Shown piece by piece: positions 46,602-56,327 of a stretch of 64,000 nucleotides of DNA. The stretch is from the IMG/VR virus record IMGVR_UViG_3300036770_004723, positions 1-64,000 of that record; one strand, given 5' to 3'. Made by a program: the position numbers and the translations under genes. Position 1 is the stretch's first letter. Every line of letters starts with the position of its first letter. The notes below the pieces were generated by a model. The model saw nothing but the letters and a program-made list of their open reading frames with translations. It did not search any database and had not been told where the DNA came from.

Positions 46602-48269
46602 ATGCTGACAAATACATCTTTCGACTTATGTACATTAGGTCAATTTAGTGCGGCACAACAAACACCTTTTGATAATACTAATGTGGTAATTTTATCAATT
46701 TGGGAAGGAAGTTTGCTGTCCGAAGAAGAAATTCAAAAAATACACAATTCAAATTTTAATATAAGTCCTATATATCATCAATATGACGGATATTACATAA
46801 AAGACGTGAACAGTTATGAAGGCCAGTGGATTAAGAGCACTAATCCTAACGTGGGATTAGTTGGCATGGGTAGGCGTGAATTAGTTCGTTGCGTATTTAA
46901 TAATTTTACGAACAAAGCTTTAGGTAATACAATATACGAGAGAATTTTCCAGTTTTCAAAAGATCAGGGTCAAATAAAAGCTAAAGCGTCTGGAACAGCT
47001 CAAATGTTTAGCCTGTGTATTGTAAATCAAGACATTGATGCTAGTGCAGCAGTAAATGCAAATAATAGAGCAAACTTTTTAATATTCGGTAGCTGTGGTG
47101 ATTTTAACTCAGACGCAGATTTAAAATTGAGTAGTGTGAATATTTTGCAAGATAGTTCTGTCCGTATTGCGGATATGAGATTCGAGTTTGATTTATTTAG
47201 CTCTATCGAGTTAATAGATCCTGTTATTCCTGTGTATGAGTACAGGGAAATAATTCCTTCTATGACAGGTTATTCGAACTCCGTAGCTACAATTACGGCC
47301 AGTGGTGAATACGATCCTAGTACATATCCTGCCTGGAAAGCCTTTCAACGCAACGGGCTGCAAAATTATTACTTAGCTACTCCAAATATGTCAAATGGAA
47401 TACCCTCAGGATTTAACGTAACAAGTTCAGGTAACTATAATAGCAATTATTTACCTTCCCGACTATTCAACTCCGTAGATGCAACTACAGGGCAAGATGG
47501 GTGGTTTAGTCAATATCCTGGATCCGCACCAACAGATTTAAATCCACACTGGGCGCAGATCGAATATCCTGCTCCGGTAAGGATCGATGCGTATGTAATA
47601 CAAAATTCAGCAGATCCTGAGATCGTGAAAGCCTTAAAAGGCGGATTACTTGCTAGTAATGACGGTATAAATTGGGCAACACTTGATACTTGGGAATACA
47701 CAGCAGCTAGTGCGGTTAGTTTAGGATTAAGACCTATTAGGTTAATAAGTTCACCTGCTAAATATAAATTTTATAGACTAGCAATCTATAAAACTAATGA
47801 AGCTACGCATAATGGTGTTTTCTTAAACTATGTTAGTATACCAAGATTATATTTACTTTCTAAAGAAGTTAATGAGTATCAAACTAATCCAAGAATGTTT
47901 ACGATCACAAGTACACTAAATACTGATTCTTGGCTGTCTGAACTTAGGGCGGCATCTGAAGCAAATCCTTATTGGCTTAAGGTTGAATTTGCGGTCGCCA
48001 AAGTTGTTACTGCCTACAGAATATGGAATGGTGATAAACCTCACATGTTGAGTGGCAGTGTACAAGCAAGCAATGATAATCAGAACTGGACAACATTAGA
48101 TAGTATTGACTTGCAGACTGTGCCTACAAATTACACTTGGCGGAATCTAGTAGAGCTAAATAATTCGGTGGCATATAAATACTATAGGCTTAATATCGTC
48201 CGTATCAGTGAATGGAGTGCTGTGTGCGTAGGTGAGTGGGTTCTGTTTGAATCCATACTTGTAGAATAA
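46602..48269 (+). CDS. Array paralogue B2: scaffold + two nested discoidin (F5/8 type C-like) domains
   Basis: Likely ATG at 46602; WAQIEY...LASNDGINW...YKFYRL and WLKVEF...QASNDNQNW...YKYYRL. Confidence 0.75.
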   Translation: MLTNTSFDLCTLGQFSAAQQTPFDNTNVVILSIWEGSLLSEEEIQKIHNSNFNISPIYHQYDGYYIKDVNSYEGQWIKSTNPNVGLVGMGRRELVRCVFNNFTNKALGNTIYERIFQFSKDQGQIKAKASGTAQMFSLCIVNQDIDASAAVNANNRANFLIFGSCGDFNSDADLKLSSVNILQDSSVRIADMRFEFDLFSSIELIDPVIPVYEYREIIPSMTGYSNSVATITASGEYDPSTYPAWKAFQRNGLQNYYLATPNMSNGIPSGFNVTSSGNYNSNYLPSRLFNSVDATTGQDGWFSQYPGSAPTDLNPHWAQIEYPAPVRIDAYVIQNSADPEIVKALKGGLLASNDGINWATLDTWEYTAASAVSLGLRPIRLISSPAKYKFYRLAIYKTNEATHNGVFLNYVSIPRLYLLSKEVNEYQTNPRMFTITSTLNTDSWLSELRAASEANPYWLKVEFAVAKVVTAYRIWNGDKPHMLSGSVQASNDNQNWTTLDSIDLQTVPTNYTWRNLVELNNSVAYKYYRLNIVRISEWSAVCVGEWVLFESILVE

Positions 48270-48293
48270 ACCGTTAATTAGTTGAGGTAAATA

Positions 48294-48833
48294 ATGAAAT
48301 TTAATAAAGGTGCTATGTTAGCACATACATTCGCATACCACAGAACAGATCTTGCGAATACAGCTAGTGTTACTGTTAGCTTTTTTACAGGGCCTGTGGA
48401 TTTAACAGCGACTGAACGAAATGTTTTCAACAGTGCCGTTGTAACCGCAGTAGCTAATGGTTTAATTAGTCATAGTGCTGCACGTACAGAACTCTTGAAG
48501 ACACGTACTGAATTAGGTCAATTATTTTTACCTAATTTTACTCAACGTCGGATCGGCGCAACACCTGATGAACGCATTTGGATGTTCACTCAACGTACTG
48601 AAGAAATGACGGGCTTAGCCGCAGGCACACCAACATTTGCACTAATCAGTTTGCATGGTGGAGGCGCTGCATATCAGGCAGGTAACATTTGTCGAACTAT
48701 GTTTGCTTGTTCTGTTGGTGCAGTAGGTGAGCCAAACGTTGAATTCGAATACAATGGAAATATTGTTGTAGGTCAACGTTATAAAATAAATGATTTCCGT
48801 TTCAAGATAAATAACTTACTTGGAGAAATCTAA
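48294..48833 (+). CDS. Array paralogue B3: scaffold only
   Basis: VSFFTGP...GTPTFALI...CSVGAVGEPNVEF. Confidence 0.7.
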   Translation: MKFNKGAMLAHTFAYHRTDLANTASVTVSFFTGPVDLTATERNVFNSAVVTAVANGLISHSAARTELLKTRTELGQLFLPNFTQRRIGATPDERIWMFTQRTEEMTGLAAGTPTFALISLHGGGAAYQAGNICRTMFACSVGAVGEPNVEFEYNGNIVVGQRYKINDFRFKINNLLGEI

Positions 48834-49429
48834 TGCCAAGTGTTCACATAGCTTCGTATTATGCGAATAGGTTTGATCCTGATACATTGTTTCCAGAACT
48901 TGCTATGTTCAAGAGTTCTGATGTTTTTTACGGTACAAATTTAACAGCATTAAATATAGAGGGCTTAGAGTTTACTCCTAAATTTGAAGGCACTTCAGTA
49001 AATGCACTGTATGTTAAAGATGTTGCAACAGATCTTTTAAGTAATTTTATACCTGAAGGCAATCCATTAATATCTAATCAAGTGGTAAATACTTTATCAG
49101 TTGTTAGTTTGATGGCAACATTAGGTTTGACATACTTAACTAATCCTTTCGCTGAGTTTGATATGGGAAATCAAATGAAAGCGGATCAACAAATTTACGC
49201 AACATACTCAATAGACTACAATTTAAAAAATATTGTCAATAAGTTAGATTACATGACCGATCTAGCTTTTGAATCTAAATCAGAAAATCAAAATCAATTT
49301 GTTCATGCAGGATACAAATTTTTTCTGATCAATACAATCGAACCAATGGAATCTTCTTTTATATCCAATTCTATCCCTAGTCCGGTTTTCATTAGAGAAT
49401 CTGTTTTAAGTATTTCAATTTCAATTTGA
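48833..49429 (+). CDS. Array gene C2, ends FIRESVLSISISI
   Basis: 198 aa; shares C-terminal motif and DNA with C1. Confidence 0.7.
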   Translation: MPSVHIASYYANRFDPDTLFPELAMFKSSDVFYGTNLTALNIEGLEFTPKFEGTSVNALYVKDVATDLLSNFIPEGNPLISNQVVNTLSVVSLMATLGLTYLTNPFAEFDMGNQMKADQQIYATYSIDYNLKNIVNKLDYMTDLAFESKSENQNQFVHAGYKFFLINTIEPMESSFISNSIPSPVFIRESVLSISISI

Positions 49430-49435
49430 GGTAAA
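49404..49435. repeat. 32-bp gene-junction direct repeat, copy 2
   Basis: Matches 44435-44466 at 31 of 32 positions; spans stop codon and next RBS. Confidence 0.9.
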
Positions 49436-49437
49436 GT

Positions 49438-50382
49438 ATGTTTATATTAGGTGAGAACGCACACGCATCGAGTATTTTAGCGCAAGCTGGAACTCAATGG
49501 AATTTGTTTTTATTTACAGGTACTGCCCCTACCTCAGTAGATAATGTTCCATTCAACATCAGTAATATGCAAGAAATTTATGCAAATGCTGTTGCAGGTT
49601 TACGTTTGTTAGGTGTCAACAGCACAATGTACGGACAAGAATTAATTGCATTTGAAAACGTTGCACAACTGTTTGCCTTAAAAATGCACGGCGCACGTAC
49701 AACCAACGGCATTGCAGGTATTCAATTATTACCTCAAAATATTACAAGTAACATTGCAGGTCTTGAAAAACCCGCAGGCTACGTAAACGGATTAGAGAAC
49801 AATCCTTTAGCTAATGCAACAGCTTCAACGCACTTACTGGCCAATAACTGGATCGAGTACGATTTTGGTACAGATGTGAGTGTTAATCGTGTACTATTCG
49901 GTAATAACTCTAATACTGCACGTAATGCTACTAGTATGGCAATTGAATATTTTGATGGTAATGCTTGGCAGATAGCTGCCAATAACATTGCGATTAAAAC
50001 ATATGTGGCCGCAGGGATTGAAAGCAATTTCGCACCAATAACAGCACAACGTTGGAGAATTCGTTTCCTGAATGATACAGGTACAGTAGTCTCTAATACA
50101 TTAATCTACAACTTTTTGCGTTTCTTTGGTGCAGAAGTTCCTGTAGATGTTATGTCAAAAGAAAATTTAGATTTTACTTGGGCTATGTTGGTTCCTGCTC
50201 AACCTACTGTAGCATCCATATATGAAAATTTGTTTGCTCAACGTGTTCCTGCTTTTATTGTCAGTGCTGGAGGACCTGTTGATGGAGCAACCGCACTATT
50301 AAATAGAAAACGTGCAACTATTAACGACATTATTAGTTGTGTAAGTTTAAAAGTTAAAACAGCTGTAACTGACGAGGTTTAA
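49438..50382 (+). CDS. Array paralogue A4: scaffold + discoidin-like domain
   Basis: LFLFTGTAP; WIEYDFG..VSVNRV...IEYFDGNAW...TAQRWRIRF; FTWAMLVP...VSAGGP. Confidence 0.8.
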   Translation: MFILGENAHASSILAQAGTQWNLFLFTGTAPTSVDNVPFNISNMQEIYANAVAGLRLLGVNSTMYGQELIAFENVAQLFALKMHGARTTNGIAGIQLLPQNITSNIAGLEKPAGYVNGLENNPLANATASTHLLANNWIEYDFGTDVSVNRVLFGNNSNTARNATSMAIEYFDGNAWQIAANNIAIKTYVAAGIESNFAPITAQRWRIRFLNDTGTVVSNTLIYNFLRFFGAEVPVDVMSKENLDFTWAMLVPAQPTVASIYENLFAQRVPAFIVSAGGPVDGATALLNRKRATINDIISCVSLKVKTAVTDEV

Positions 50383-50383
50383 T

Positions 50384-50923
50384 ATGATATTAGCTACTGA
50401 TGCAATGATTCCACTGATGAATCAGGCTCCAATTATTGGCGTAACTCACCGCAAACTATTAACTATGTATGATGGGAGTATGGTGACTAAAGCAGACATA
50501 GAAGCTGCTTTATACTCAACAGTAAGCGGTAGCGGTATTATGAATGGTACTACACGAGGGCAGTATCGCCAAGATCTAATTCATAATCTTATACTGGCAA
50601 AAGGTGGGATACTACGAGGTTTCATTAATTACGCAGCTGCTTTAACTCCGCAAATGAACGGTGCCAAACGTTTACGTTTTCCTTTGAGTGAACGTAATGA
50701 AGAACTTACTAAGTCAGCTGTAGGTAATGTTACGTTTTTCACTATGGCAATTGTAGGGAATAATGTGGCTAATCCAACCACTAACACAGCGGTTTATTGG
50801 TTAGGTGTCGGCACTGTTGGTGTTCCAGGTAGTGGCGCAGATATGGAACTATTCGGTGCTGCAATTGACAACACTCGCGCAGTTCGTGCTAATGATTTAA
50901 TATTTGATTTTAGTGGAGTTTAA
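50384..50923 (+). CDS. Array paralogue B4: scaffold only
   Basis: LTMYDG...GNVTFFTM...GTVGVPGSGADMEL. Confidence 0.75.
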   Translation: MILATDAMIPLMNQAPIIGVTHRKLLTMYDGSMVTKADIEAALYSTVSGSGIMNGTTRGQYRQDLIHNLILAKGGILRGFINYAAALTPQMNGAKRLRFPLSERNEELTKSAVGNVTFFTMAIVGNNVANPTTNTAVYWLGVGTVGVPGSGADMELFGAAIDNTRAVRANDLIFDFSGV

Positions 50924-50924
50924 T

Positions 50925-51818
50925 ATGTTGATCCACAACGGCGCTAACGCAATGCAAAGTATACAAGATTATTGCGGCCCTAATTGGCAAATATTTTTTA
51001 TGGATTCTCATGTATTTGGTGAATCTGTACCAACAAAACTAAGTGATTTAGTTTTTGATCCTTCTGATGTAGATCATTTATTGACAAGATCTCGGGCAGT
51101 AGTTCAAGCAACTTCTAACATTGTGAATGGGGTACTTTCATTTACCCATAGTTCATCACTTGTTAGTTGCAGACAAAACGGCTTGCCTGTTCAAAATACA
51201 ATGCAAGATTCTATACCTCTTTATAGTGTGGCACCTACTAATGTAAAAGCAGGTGGAGGTAGAACCCAATTAACTTTAGCTGAAAGATTGGCCTTACTAA
51301 ATGATGATAATGTCGGTACATCTTTTCCACTAAATGCTTTACCTCAAACTTTAGTTTTTGATTGTATTCCAAACAATATTAAATTTGTTGAAATTGAATT
51401 CGGTACTCAAATTCCAATCTTTGATATTGTTACTGAATCCGTTGCTTCCGGTGCTATGCAACATACAAAAACTTTAGTAGGCAGCTCAAGATACAGAATA
51501 GATAATGTTCGAGATGATATTAAACAAGTAACATTGTCTTTCGGTCAATCACAAACAATATTCGAAGTGCGTGCAATTAGATTTTTCACTGACCAAATTA
51601 TTGCGGATTCTGTTGCCGAATTTGATTACGCTATCTTACGTCCAGTATCTTGGAATACTGCTATTACAGGGATTAATGCTCCGGCTCCTTACCTGTTGAT
51701 TAGTTGTGGAGGACCTATGAGTAATGCGGAACTACGAACCAACCGTCAAACTTATAAACCTAATGATATTGTTTCATTAATGCACTTACAATTAAAACCT
51801 CAAATTCTGGAGATCTAA
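50925..51818 (+). CDS. Array paralogue A5: scaffold + beta-sandwich insert
   Basis: ATG at 50925 after GGAG; FDYAILRP...ISCGGPMSNAEL scaffold end. Confidence 0.7.
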   Translation: MLIHNGANAMQSIQDYCGPNWQIFFMDSHVFGESVPTKLSDLVFDPSDVDHLLTRSRAVVQATSNIVNGVLSFTHSSSLVSCRQNGLPVQNTMQDSIPLYSVAPTNVKAGGGRTQLTLAERLALLNDDNVGTSFPLNALPQTLVFDCIPNNIKFVEIEFGTQIPIFDIVTESVASGAMQHTKTLVGSSRYRIDNVRDDIKQVTLSFGQSQTIFEVRAIRFFTDQIIADSVAEFDYAILRPVSWNTAITGINAPAPYLLISCGGPMSNAELRTNRQTYKPNDIVSLMHLQLKPQILEI

Positions 51819-51819
51819 T

Positions 51820-52314
51820 ATGATTGCACTATCTCCAACAATGAAACAGTTGTTGTCAGCCAAATACGAACAAAGTAATTCAAGTAAAAAAGTAATGTGG
51901 GTTTTTAGTGGCAATATTCCAACTAAAAATCAAATTACAGCTTTAGTTCAATCTGATGGAACTGTAAGCTCAAATGCGTTGAAAGCTTTAGGTACATTAA
52001 GACTTAGCGTAGCTTATCCTGCAACTGTATTGCCTAGAAAAGTAAATGCAGATTTACTTCGGTGGGAACTAGCTCAAAGAAACGAAGCTTTTACAACTCA
52101 CTCACCTGGAGTAGCTAATTGGTTTGTATTCATGTATGTGGCTACAAATATTAATGAACCTGCTTACAGTACTGATGCTAAAATATACCAAGCCTTTATA
52201 GGGGCAGTCGGTGACATAGGTACGCCAAATGTAGATATGGAATTGTTAGGTGGTCAAGTTGAATCCGATAAGATCTATAAGACTACAGATTTCGAGATCA
52301 AAACATTAGCCTAA
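51820..52314 (+). CDS. Array paralogue B5: scaffold only
   Basis: WVFSGNIP...GVANWFVFM...GAVGDIGTPNVDMEL; close to B4. Confidence 0.75.
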   Translation: MIALSPTMKQLLSAKYEQSNSSKKVMWVFSGNIPTKNQITALVQSDGTVSSNALKALGTLRLSVAYPATVLPRKVNADLLRWELAQRNEAFTTHSPGVANWFVFMYVATNINEPAYSTDAKIYQAFIGAVGDIGTPNVDMELLGGQVESDKIYKTTDFEIKTLA

Positions 52315-52318
52315 ATAC

Positions 52319-52344
52319 TTAGGTGGGTAAGTTTACCCACCTAA
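52319..52344. other. Perfect 12-bp inverted repeat (hairpin) between array genes
   Basis: TTAGGTGGGTAA-GT-TTACCCACCTAA, with no clear U-tract. Confidence 0.7.
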
Positions 52345-52365
52345 CTCAATTTGACGGGTAGTTAT

Positions 52366-53352
52366 ATGGAAACATTTGGATTAAATGCTAGCATTGTGGC
52401 TGGTATACAAAACATATATGGCAGCAGCGGCGTAGTTTATCTATTTGACTCTGACATGCCTGAAAATTTTAACCAGATAGATACTAAGTTTCTTATTGAA
52501 AATAGTAGACTCATTAGTTCAGTAAACTTGAGTGCAAAACCAAATACTTCTTATCTATCAATTACATCTAAAGGTAACTATGTAAAAAATGCAGATGTTA
52601 TAGCAAAATATAAAGGTGAACCTGCTATATATTTCGATGGTACAAAGAATTTTACAGCGTACCCAGATCATTTAGTTTATTACCCTAAATCTATTACCTG
52701 CAAAAATGATGATAGAGATCATCAAACTTTATTAAACTTCATGTACAAACAAGTTGATGATTATGGATACACTGGATTAGATACAAATATACTAAGGCAC
52801 GTAGAGGACGGTGAATTTATTGTTTTTGAATACGATCAAACAGTAGAGGTCAATTGCTTTGGTGTTAAACAAGATTCTGCTAACGGCACTCAGTTTATAA
52901 AATTAGATTTAGAGTATTGGGATCAAAATACATGGATACCCATTACAAGCACACCAAATGAAATAAATGGATACTATATTATAAAATTCAATGCAGTTAC
53001 CTCAAATAAATTCAGATTGCGTAAATCAATTTCAGCAGGAACTGCCACTGTTAAGATCAAGGTTGCTTTTGCATATTTTGGTAAAATTGATTACATATTG
53101 TCCGACATTCGTATAAATATCTCTGAAATGAAATGGGGTATGTTAATGCCAGATCCTTTAAGTTCTTACCTAAATAATGCTATCCAAAAACAAAATGATG
53201 TTTATAGTCAGATTAACCAAGATACAAAACATTACATATTGTGCAGTGCAGGTACAATGGATGCAAATAAAGAATTAAAGTTGTCTACAAAAAATTTGAA
53301 TTCTGGTTCAGATAGATACGGACAGACTTTAATTTTAGGTCAAATAGGTTAA
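52366..53352 (+). CDS. Array paralogue A6 (duplicate of A2)
   Basis: METFGLNA start, YPKSITCKND.RDH, VNCFGVKQ; first 23 nt identical to 44469-44491. Confidence 0.8.
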   Translation: METFGLNASIVAGIQNIYGSSGVVYLFDSDMPENFNQIDTKFLIENSRLISSVNLSAKPNTSYLSITSKGNYVKNADVIAKYKGEPAIYFDGTKNFTAYPDHLVYYPKSITCKNDDRDHQTLLNFMYKQVDDYGYTGLDTNILRHVEDGEFIVFEYDQTVEVNCFGVKQDSANGTQFIKLDLEYWDQNTWIPITSTPNEINGYYIIKFNAVTSNKFRLRKSISAGTATVKIKVAFAYFGKIDYILSDIRINISEMKWGMLMPDPLSSYLNNAIQKQNDVYSQINQDTKHYILCSAGTMDANKELKLSTKNLNSGSDRYGQTLILGQIG

Positions 53353-53364
53353 TAAGGTGAGCGT

Positions 53365-54954
53365 ATGAAACATATAGGTATAATGGAAAGTGGTCTAAAT
53401 TCCATGATTCAAAATAAGTCTACAGCGGTAGGTCTAGTATCTAGTGCTATGGTGGAAAACTGTGCACTTTATTTGTTTAAAGGTAAACAGCCTGACTTTA
53501 ACGATCTCGATCTTAAAATTCAAGCATCTAATTCAGAAGGTTTGAAATCTTTTTTGATTTCCCAGTCAGATGTTAGAATACCCTTCAAACTTAAAACATC
53601 TAAATTTGGAAATCAAATAAGACTGAGTTTAGATAATGCTTCTCACGACATAAGCACAAACAGAGATAGAGTATCAAAGTTTCCTGTAGATTTAAGTGCC
53701 GAATCTTACCAAGATATTATCCCATTAATGAATTCTAATAGTCAGAACGGTTTTAACATAACTGTTTCCAGTATGGCAGTATCTAACCCAGGATTCAAGG
53801 CGTTCCAAAAAACAACCGAACCTTTTCCATCTTTTGGCTGGCTAAGTGCTTTTGTTTCTACCAATTATAATGTTTTTTCTGTACCTGAATGGATTCAAGT
53901 AGAGTTCCCCTCCGCCGAAGTAGTAAATGCTTTTTCTATTAGAAACGGATCAGAATCAAATATAGTACGAGGTAGATTAATAGCAAGCAACAATTTAACG
54001 GATTGGACTGATCTAAAAGATTTTTCTCCCAGCAAAACAGGTTACGCGATATCCCCTAAATTTATTTTTGAAAATAATACAGCATTTAAATACTATAGGC
54101 TAAATATATTCGAAACATCTGAAAACAGTAGAGTAGGTGTAGGTGAATTTCAATTATTCAAGGCAATAGGTAAAGTAAATGGTATAATGTATGGAATCAA
54201 TAACTATAGAATTCAATTTAATGTCCCTACATCAACACCTATCTTAAGTTTGCCTGTCATAGTGCCATCTGCGTATGAAAACCTACAAACATTTTACGAA
54301 AAATCTGTTCTTTCCGGTGCAGTTCGTATAGATCAATATAACAGATTTAGTAATATGGGTCTTATGGCAGGAGAACTGGGAGATTTACGTTACGCACAAT
54401 CGGGTGAGCAGTATGAAAATAGAGGAACTGCTTTAGCCTTAAGAACGGATCAAGTAGTAGATGCCAATTGTATAGTAATGTACATAATGCACACCCACTG
54501 GCCAAGAGCTACAGCACCACTTAGATTTTTCATACACGATGAACAAGACGTAATTCATGAAATTCCTTTAGCGGATTATGAAGTTAATAAATACGTGAAA
54601 ATTAATTTCCCGCGTAAGATGGTTAAAGGTATATCCGTATATTCAAGAGGCGTTGAATCAAGACAAACAATATCAGGCATGAGATTCTGTTATTTTAATG
54701 TACTTACCTTAGGCTTGGACGTAGCGGATTCTTCTGTATTTCAAAATGAAGTAGATTACACAGCAGCTTTATTGGTTATTGACGAAGATTCTACAACTAG
54801 ATCTTCCATACATGTCCCTCCAATGTTAGTTATGTCAGTAGGAAATTCTGAAAGCAACGCCGAAGTTATATTAGATAATGTTTTCGGTAAAATAGTAAAT
54901 TCTTCAGCAGTATTGTCCTCTAAGATTTTAGATTTACCTTTGCTAGGAAGTTAA
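53365..54954 (+). CDS. Array paralogue A7: scaffold + discoidin + A3-like insert
   Basis: LYLFKGKQP; WIQVEF...IASNNLTDW...FKYYRL; KYVKINFP matches KYLEINLP in A3. Confidence 0.75.
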   Translation: MKHIGIMESGLNSMIQNKSTAVGLVSSAMVENCALYLFKGKQPDFNDLDLKIQASNSEGLKSFLISQSDVRIPFKLKTSKFGNQIRLSLDNASHDISTNRDRVSKFPVDLSAESYQDIIPLMNSNSQNGFNITVSSMAVSNPGFKAFQKTTEPFPSFGWLSAFVSTNYNVFSVPEWIQVEFPSAEVVNAFSIRNGSESNIVRGRLIASNNLTDWTDLKDFSPSKTGYAISPKFIFENNTAFKYYRLNIFETSENSRVGVGEFQLFKAIGKVNGIMYGINNYRIQFNVPTSTPILSLPVIVPSAYENLQTFYEKSVLSGAVRIDQYNRFSNMGLMAGELGDLRYAQSGEQYENRGTALALRTDQVVDANCIVMYIMHTHWPRATAPLRFFIHDEQDVIHEIPLADYEVNKYVKINFPRKMVKGISVYSRGVESRQTISGMRFCYFNVLTLGLDVADSSVFQNEVDYTAALLVIDEDSTTRSSIHVPPMLVMSVGNSESNAEVILDNVFGKIVNSSAVLSSKILDLPLLGS

Positions 54955-54956
54955 TT

Positions 54957-55985
54957 ATGAAAATTAATCACAGTTTTGCTCACAATCTTTTTAGTCCTCT
55001 GTGCTCAAAATACAAACCTAGTACGTATGGGACGTGCCTAGTAATTTCATTATGGTCAGGCACAAGTCTAACAAACAATGAACTTATTAACATTGAAAAT
55101 AATAGATCTAGCTTTAATATACCTGGTAATTTTATGGGGTTTGCTACAGAACACAGTAATAGAAAAGAATTAGCTAGATTAACTTTACCTAGTTTTTCAG
55201 ATAGATTTACTGTTAACGAAGAGGATTTTAAGTTAGCTTTTACAAAAAGAATAGAAGATTTTATTTTTGTTTCTTCTGGCACTGCTTCTTTTTTCACAAT
55301 CTTTTTTGCCCGTGACAACTTTACTGCGTACAACGGTGATATAGCTAATAACAGCGGATCTTGTTTAATATCAGGTAGTGTAGGTATTGAAGGCAGCAAC
55401 GCAGATTTGATTTTAAGTCAATTAAATATTATTGATTCTAATATAGTAATCAAGGACTTCGATTTCAAATTAATTTCTACGACTTTACAAAGATTTTGGC
55501 TATCTGCCGATCTACCCGAAGGGAATATTAGATTACCGTTATATAATATTTTAGATCAGACCACAACAGGCTGGAAAAGCTTTGCAAGATCAGGAGCAGG
55601 TAAAACAGTGTCAGATGTTGAGTGGTTAAGTTTATGGAATAACCTAACAACAGGCATCAAAATAATGGGTGACGATGGCAGGGTAGCTTTCTTATCTGTA
55701 GATAAATTAAAACCTTCAGGTGTCGATGATTTAACTAAAACAATAAAAACGCCAGCGAATTACGACTGGACAAATAATAGTGCAAGTAATTATTTTTACC
55801 ATCATGAAATCGTAGGGAATAATGCAGCTGGAGGAGATTATTCTATTTTATGTTTGACTTCAAATGCTAATGGAGGTATATGGAACGAAAGTAATAGGTT
55901 CGCTTTCATGAACTACACCAACCCAAACAATGGCATAACTTACGCAGGTAAGCCTAATTGGCCGTTTACTCTTTACATTCACTAA
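54957..55985 (+). CDS. Array paralogue B6: B2-like scaffold with a different C-terminal domain
   Basis: ISLWSG...SGTASFF...LISGSVGIEGSNADLILS matches the B2 N-half. Confidence 0.75.
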   Translation: MKINHSFAHNLFSPLCSKYKPSTYGTCLVISLWSGTSLTNNELINIENNRSSFNIPGNFMGFATEHSNRKELARLTLPSFSDRFTVNEEDFKLAFTKRIEDFIFVSSGTASFFTIFFARDNFTAYNGDIANNSGSCLISGSVGIEGSNADLILSQLNIIDSNIVIKDFDFKLISTTLQRFWLSADLPEGNIRLPLYNILDQTTTGWKSFARSGAGKTVSDVEWLSLWNNLTTGIKIMGDDGRVAFLSVDKLKPSGVDDLTKTIKTPANYDWTNNSASNYFYHHEIVGNNAAGGDYSILCLTSNANGGIWNESNRFAFMNYTNPNNGITYAGKPNWPFTLYIH

Positions 55986-55994
55986 GGAAATATT

Positions 55995-56327
55995 ATGCAA
56001 GATCAAGTGTCAGCAGCGAATTTATTGGGACCACTGTTAAAATATAGTTGGGACTACTTTGTTATATCCTATTTATTTACAATGTTAGGTATAGCCATTC
56101 ACTATGTAAAAAAATGCGTACAGGAAAAATTAGATTTTGTACTTTACTGGACAGCAAACAAACAAAGTAGTATTCTGGTAGTTTTAACCGCAACAGCTAG
56201 TTACTTTACTACTTTGTTCGTGGATCCTAATCCTAATCTTTTAACTTTCTTGGCCATAAGTTACATGGCAGATAGTATGCTGAATAAAGATGGAGGACCT
56301 AAAAATGACAGAAGAAGCTCAGACTAA
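55995..56327 (+). CDS. Candidate holin
   Basis: 110 aa, two to three hydrophobic segments, charged C-terminus, first gene of the spanin cluster. Confidence 0.45.
   Translation: MQDQVSAANLLGPLLKYSWDYFVISYLFTMLGIAIHYVKKCVQEKLDFVLYWTANKQSSILVVLTATASYFTTLFVDPNPNLLTFLAISYMADSMLNKDGGPKNDRRSSD

Noticed and set aside
42639-55985. Diversity-generating retroelement or invertible shufflon acting on the array
   Set aside because: No reverse transcriptase, no ~100-bp TR/VR pair with adenine-specific mismatches, and no invertase or inverted crossover sites seen; the repeats found are short and direct
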